NCBI GenBank assembly: GCA_963755025.1
Contig: CAVWIH010000034.1
Coordinates: forward strand, 32,001-96,000
Direction: 5' to 3'
DNA: 64,000 nucleotides
Source of the DNA: an uncultured Actinomycetes bacterium
GTDB lineage: Bacteria; Actinomycetota; Thermoleophilia; UBA2241
This document shows positions 59,947 to 64,000 of this stretch, in pieces. The first letter of the stretch is position 1. Every line of letters starts with the position of its first letter. Made by a program: the position numbers and the translations under genes. A model generated the notes under the pieces. That model saw only the letters and a program-made list of their open reading frames with translations, was not told the DNA's origin and made no database searches.

Positions 59947-61167
59947 ATGATGGCGAGTGTCTTGATCGAGGCGATGGCGCGCGCCATCGAAGAAGTCCGC
60001 AAGATGCCCGAGAAGGTCGTGCAGGTCTTTCACCACAACGACTCCGACGGCCTCACCTCGGGCGCCATCCTCACGCGCGCCTTCGAGCGCGAGGGCTTCG
60101 CGGTGCGGCGCTTCTGCCTCGAAAAGCCGTACCCGGCCGTGCTCGAGAAGGTCTACGAGCAAGAGGGCAAGCTGATCGTCTTCGCCGACTTCGCCGGCCG
60201 CATCGCGCCGCTGCTCTCCGAGTTGAATCAGGGCCGCAACCTCACCCTGATCCTCGACCACCACGTCGCCGAACCCTCGACCGACCCGCGCGTCATCAAC
60301 CTCGACCCCGATCTCTTCGGCCTCAAGGGCGACCGCGACATCTCGGGTTCGGTGACCTGCTACCTGTTCGCGATCACGCTCGACCCCGCCAACCGCGACC
60401 TCGCCCACGTGGCGACCGTGGGGGCGGTGGGCGACGGCTTCTTCATCGACGGCGCGCTGGTGAGCGAGAACCGCAACGTCGCCGTCGAGGCCGAGCGCCA
60501 GGGCCTGGTCGAGATCGTGCCACTCGACCACGGCGAGCAGTACCTGCTGAAAAGCTCCAACGGCCGGCTGCCCGTCATCGACTTCGGCGACTACCTCGAC
60601 GTGCTCGGCGGAGTGGGCTACTACAACAAGGGTCCCGACGTGGGCATCACCGCCTGCCTCGAGGGCGTCTCGGCCGCGTCCGACCGCATGGTCGACGAGC
60701 TCAAGGCCGTGCGCACCAGGCTCTTCGACGCCGAGATCGCCGCGCTCAAGGCGGGCGCCATGCACCAGGCGCCGCACATCCAGTGGTTCCATCTGCAGCG
60801 CCGCTTCTTTCCGATGGGCGTCAAGATGGTCGGCGCCTTCTGCGACGCCATCAGGTTCACCGACCTGATCGACCCCGACAAGTACCTGGCCGGCTTTCAG
60901 GTCGTGCCCGACGAGATCCCGGGGTTCGGCGCCATCGACTTCAACCAGGTCAAGGTCTCCATGCGCTGCTCGCCGGCCATGGAAGACGAGATCCGCGCCA
61001 AGCGGGCGATGGGGCTCAACGTCCTGCTGCCCGAAGCGACGCAGCGGCTCGGGGGGTTCTCCGACGCCTGTCACAGCCTGACGGCCGCCACCACGGTGGC
61101 CATCGGTAAAGAGGAGCGCCTGATCGGCGAAATGGAATCGATCCTGGACGGGGAAGCGCATGGCTAA
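59947..61167 (+). CDS. DHH family phosphoesterase, archaeal RecJ/GAN-like
   Basis: HHNDSDG, FADF, ILDHH, GDRDISGS, N.DLA..A.VGAVGD, DHHA1-like VKVSMR. Confidence 0.82.
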   Translation: MMASVLIEAMARAIEEVRKMPEKVVQVFHHNDSDGLTSGAILTRAFEREGFAVRRFCLEKPYPAVLEKVYEQEGKLIVFADFAGRIAPLLSELNQGRNLTLILDHHVAEPSTDPRVINLDPDLFGLKGDRDISGSVTCYLFAITLDPANRDLAHVATVGAVGDGFFIDGALVSENRNVAVEAERQGLVEIVPLDHGEQYLLKSSNGRLPVIDFGDYLDVLGGVGYYNKGPDVGITACLEGVSAASDRMVDELKAVRTRLFDAEIAALKAGAMHQAPHIQWFHLQRRFFPMGVKMVGAFCDAIRFTDLIDPDKYLAGFQVVPDEIPGFGAIDFNQVKVSMRCSPAMEDEIRAKRAMGLNVLLPEATQRLGGFSDACHSLTAATTVAIGKEERLIGEMESILDGEAHG

Positions 61168-62095
61168 GGGAACTGGGTTCGGCAAGACGATCCTGATCGG
61201 CGATCAGTTCGTGCTCGACGAGGTACCGGCGATCGTCTCGTCGATCCCCTTCGTGACAGAGACGACGGTCGAGCGGATCGACGGCGAGGGCTGGGTGCTG
61301 CAGGACGACCGCATCGAGGTGCCGGGCTACAAGGCGAAGAAGGCCGAGCAGCAGGGCCAGTCGATCGACCGCATCCTCGACGTCATGGGCATCGACGCCA
61401 CAAAGACGCCGATCAAGATCACCGTGGCGGGCACCTTGCTGGCCGGCAGCGGCGTGGGGGCGAGCGCCGCCATCTGCGTCTCGCTGGCGCGCGCCCTGAA
61501 CGCCGAGTTCGAGCTCGGCCTGCCCATCGAAGAGATCAACCGCGTCGCCTGGCAGGGCGAGTTTCCCTACCACGGCGTGGCGAGCGGCGTCGATAACACC
61601 GCCTCCACCTACGGCGGCATGCTGCTCTTCTGGCTCAAGGACGGCAAGCAGAACTTCGAGCGCGTGGCGACGCCCAAGCCCTTCGAGATCGTGCTGGCCA
61701 ACAGCGGCGTCACGGTCAACACGGCGGCCCTCGACGAGTTCCTCGACGCCCAGAAGAGCGGCGAGCCCGAGCTCTTTGCGGCTCGCCTCAAGAAGCTCAC
61801 CGGCCAGGTCTTCGAGATGAAGGCGGCGCTCGAGGCCGGCGACCTTCCGGCCATGGGCCAGATCATGACCGACAACCACAGCCTGCTGATCGACATGCAG
61901 ATGTCGCACCCCACGCTCGACGAGATGTGCAAGACGGCCCTCGCCAACGGCGCCCTGGGCGCCAAGGTCACAGGCGGCGGCCGCGGCGGCTACATGGTCT
62001 CGCTGACTCCCGGCAAGGAGCTCCAGGAGAAGGTCGCCGCCGACTTCGAGAAGGCGGGGCACAAGGTCATCCGCACCACCATCGGCGGCAGTTGA
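61160..62095 (+). CDS. mevalonate kinase-like GHMP kinase
   Basis: GKTILIG, GSGVGASAA, HG.ASGVDN, GALGAKVTGGGRGG; 8-bp overlap with DHH gene. Confidence 0.82.
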   Translation: MAKGTGFGKTILIGDQFVLDEVPAIVSSIPFVTETTVERIDGEGWVLQDDRIEVPGYKAKKAEQQGQSIDRILDVMGIDATKTPIKITVAGTLLAGSGVGASAAICVSLARALNAEFELGLPIEEINRVAWQGEFPYHGVASGVDNTASTYGGMLLFWLKDGKQNFERVATPKPFEIVLANSGVTVNTAALDEFLDAQKSGEPELFAARLKKLTGQVFEMKAALEAGDLPAMGQIMTDNHSLLIDMQMSHPTLDEMCKTALANGALGAKVTGGGRGGYMVSLTPGKELQEKVAADFEKAGHKVIRTTIGGS

Positions 62096-62168
62096 CGTTC
62101 TGAGGGCCGGCGGCAGCGGACGTTCCGAACGTGCGCGCGCGGCCGGCGGCTTCGCCGCCGGCCGCGCG

Positions 62169-62831
62169 CTACGAGATCTCCTGCCAGCCGTCGGCCGTCT
62201 TGTCGCGCGCAAAGATGCCGGCGACCGCGAAGATCGCGTCGGTCGCCAGACCGGCGGCGTCGTCGACCACCATGCCCCCACCGTAGCGGCCGTAGTGTAG
62301 GGGCGCCGACACCGTGCCCGGCGTCTCCAGAGCGACGTCACTGGCCTCGAGCTCGGCCTGGTCAGCCCGCGGGAGGGTGACCACGTTCTGCAGGATGGGG
62401 TCGGACCAGGCGCCGGCGTCGTCTTGGACGAAGATGGTGTAGTGGTAGGTGTGGCGCGGCCGCAAGCCGTCGTCGACGAACCGGTCGTTGACCCGGTCGA
62501 AGACACAGAGCTGGTCGCCCGCGCGGTCGTCTGGACGCCGTGCACATCGCGTGTCGGACCGCAGGATGCGCAGACGGTGCTGGCGCCCTCGCCGCCACAG
62601 CCAGGCGAAGGTCACGCTCGCGCCGTCGGTGCGGTAGGCGAGCCGCTCGAGCGATGACGGCAGAGTCCGCGCGACGTGCTTCTCACGCCGCCCCGCGTAG
62701 ACCAAGAAGGCGAGACACAGCACGCCGACCACGGCGAACGGCGCCCAGGCAAAACCTGAGCGCAGCAAGAAGGCAAGAAAGCAGGATCCGATGATGCCTG
62801 CAAACGCAAGGCCCCGCGCCAACCTGCCCAT
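62169..62831 (-). CDS. hypothetical membrane protein with fibronectin type III-like domain
   Basis: 2 TM helices then VTFAW...FVDDGL.P..TYHYTIF.QD.AG.WS. Confidence 0.6.
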   Translation of the reverse strand: MGRLARGLAFAGIIGSCFLAFLLRSGFAWAPFAVVGVLCLAFLVYAGRREKHVARTLPSSLERLAYRTDGASVTFAWLWRRGRQHRLRILRSDTRCARRPDDRAGDQLCVFDRVNDRFVDDGLRPRHTYHYTIFVQDDAGAWSDPILQNVVTLPRADQAELEASDVALETPGTVSAPLHYGRYGGGMVVDDAAGLATDAIFAVAGIFARDKTADGWQEIS

Positions 62832-63031
62832 GACCCCCCGTTTGCTTTGTTCGAGCCGCGCCCGCGTCGCGCTCCCGCGTGCGACGAAGTGCCGTCATCA
62901 TATGCCCGCGCGCGGCCGCGCGCCCGGTCGCCGCGCACACGACCGCGCGCCCGATTCCCGTGCACTGCGCGGTTTGGTCGCCCCCGCCCGGGGGCATCGC
63001 CAAGGCAGTCCCTCCAAGCAAAGGAGCCGCC

Positions 63032-63322
63032 ATGAATCGCGCGCGATTCCTCATTGTGGCGCCGCACCGTCCCGAAGAGTGCCTCGATGCGGTCGAGGCC
63101 ACGATCAACCAGGGGCCGGGCTTTCAGGAGGCCTACGACTGGGGCTGCTTCGTCGGCAACCACACGGGCTACCTGTTCGTGCGCGCGGGCGGCTCGCAGG
63201 AGGCCATCGACGACTACGTGCCGGCGTTTCTGCGCTCGCGGGCGACCGCCTACCGGGTCACCCAGATCAGGGCTCGCGACCTGTACGACCTGCGCGACCG
63301 TGAGCTCAGGCGCAGCGCCTGA
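63032..63322 (+). CDS. small hypothetical protein with HxxEEC and WGCxxGxH motifs
   Basis: Strong RBS aaaggag before ATG 63032; 96 aa, ferredoxin-like alpha/beta pattern. Confidence 0.65.
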   Translation: MNRARFLIVAPHRPEECLDAVEATINQGPGFQEAYDWGCFVGNHTGYLFVRAGGSQEAIDDYVPAFLRSRATAYRVTQIRARDLYDLRDRELRRSA

Positions 63323-63412
63323 CCGACGCGCGCGGCGGGCTGTGGTGCGGCTGCGGGTTCGCGGGGCTTTGTCGGGGTTGCGCAACGCAAGCGCCCGAGC
63401 GCCGCGGGCGCG

Positions 63413-63919
63413 CTACGTCGTAGGCACCCAGAAGTGGAGCTCGTCGTCGTCGCGGCCGGCGTAGGCGCCGCCGTTGGCCTCGATCACCCGCCGCGAGATC
63501 GCGTTGCTCACGTCGCAGGTGACGAGGGCGGGGTCGATCCCCATGGCGGCCGCCAGCGGCAGCGCCGCGGCCAGCATGGCGGTGGCGTGGCCGGCGTGGC
63601 GCCGGCTCGGTCTGATCTCGTAGCCTATGTGGCCGCCGATGCGGCGCAGCCCGGCGTTCAGGCGGTGGCGTATGGCGATGCGACCGATGTACTGGTCGTC
63701 CTCGACCCACCACAGGTTGGTCTGCGGCACGCGGCCTGAGCGGTCGAGCGCCAGCAGGTGTTCTTCGGCGCGCAGGGCGGCGACGTAGCGCGCGAAGGTG
63801 GCGGGGTCGCGCAGCGTGGCCACGCCGAGCTCGAGGTGACGGCGCTCGTCGTGGTACTCGGCGAGGGCCGAGAGAAACGAGAGCTGGTACTCGATCGCTG
63901 GGGCAACGAGCTGCGGCAT
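63413..63919 (-). CDS. GNAT family acetyltransferase
   Basis: IGRIAIRHRLN, GGHIGYEIRPSRR..G.AT, LVTCD..N..SRRVIEANGG. Confidence 0.88.
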   Translation of the reverse strand: MPQLVAPAIEYQLSFLSALAEYHDERRHLELGVATLRDPATFARYVAALRAEEHLLALDRSGRVPQTNLWWVEDDQYIGRIAIRHRLNAGLRRIGGHIGYEIRPSRRHAGHATAMLAAALPLAAAMGIDPALVTCDVSNAISRRVIEANGGAYAGRDDDELHFWVPTT

Positions 63920-64000
63920 GCCCGCAACAATACGCGTGACGAGGGCCGACGCAAACAGTAGAGCCGCATGCGGGGCGGTCGGCGGCGCTTTCTTTGGCCT

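Noticed and set aside
62832-63031. Riboswitch in the divergent intergenic region
   Set aside because: GC-rich stems present but no recognisable aptamer consensus.

Overview
High-GC (about 70%, estimated by eye) bacterial chromosome segment. Gene content and order suggest a deep-branching actinobacterium, probably Thermoleophilia-like (inference). It is mostly core genome. In order: serA; a Leu-leader-peptide-controlled leuA-leuC-leuD-leuB-ilvE-cimA-FAH operon; a HicA/HicB-like toxin-antitoxin pair; dnaE; a truncated his module (hisZ, hisG-like, hisD, hisB-like); tsaC, phzF-like, rpiB, dCMP deaminase and wecA/tagO; a complete F0F1 ATP synthase operon; murA; a cell-envelope glycopolymer cluster (LCP, degenerate LCP, sortase-type substrate, WaaL-TPR, ugd, manC, PMM, PGI/PMI); a PNP-like gene, ahcY, mtnA, a second NDP-sugar synthase, comF, hpf and secA; an intact IS481; prfB with its programmed +1 frameshift; a TetR/YhgE-Pip/ABC-like unit; tRNA-Val(GAC); and a small accessory region with an archaeal-type DHH protein coupled to an atypical mevalonate-kinase-like enzyme. 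Many single-base frameshifts, mostly in the first 10 kb, look like long-read assembly errors. The most unusual signals are (i) several fold-preserved but catalytically stripped pseudo-enzymes (HisG*, HisB*, LCP*, PNP*), (ii) the DHH + GHMP kinase pair, (iii) a covarying structured repeat cluster after secA, and (iv) the coupled MtnA + NDP-sugar pyrophosphorylase pair. All calls are from reading the sequence; no searches were run.
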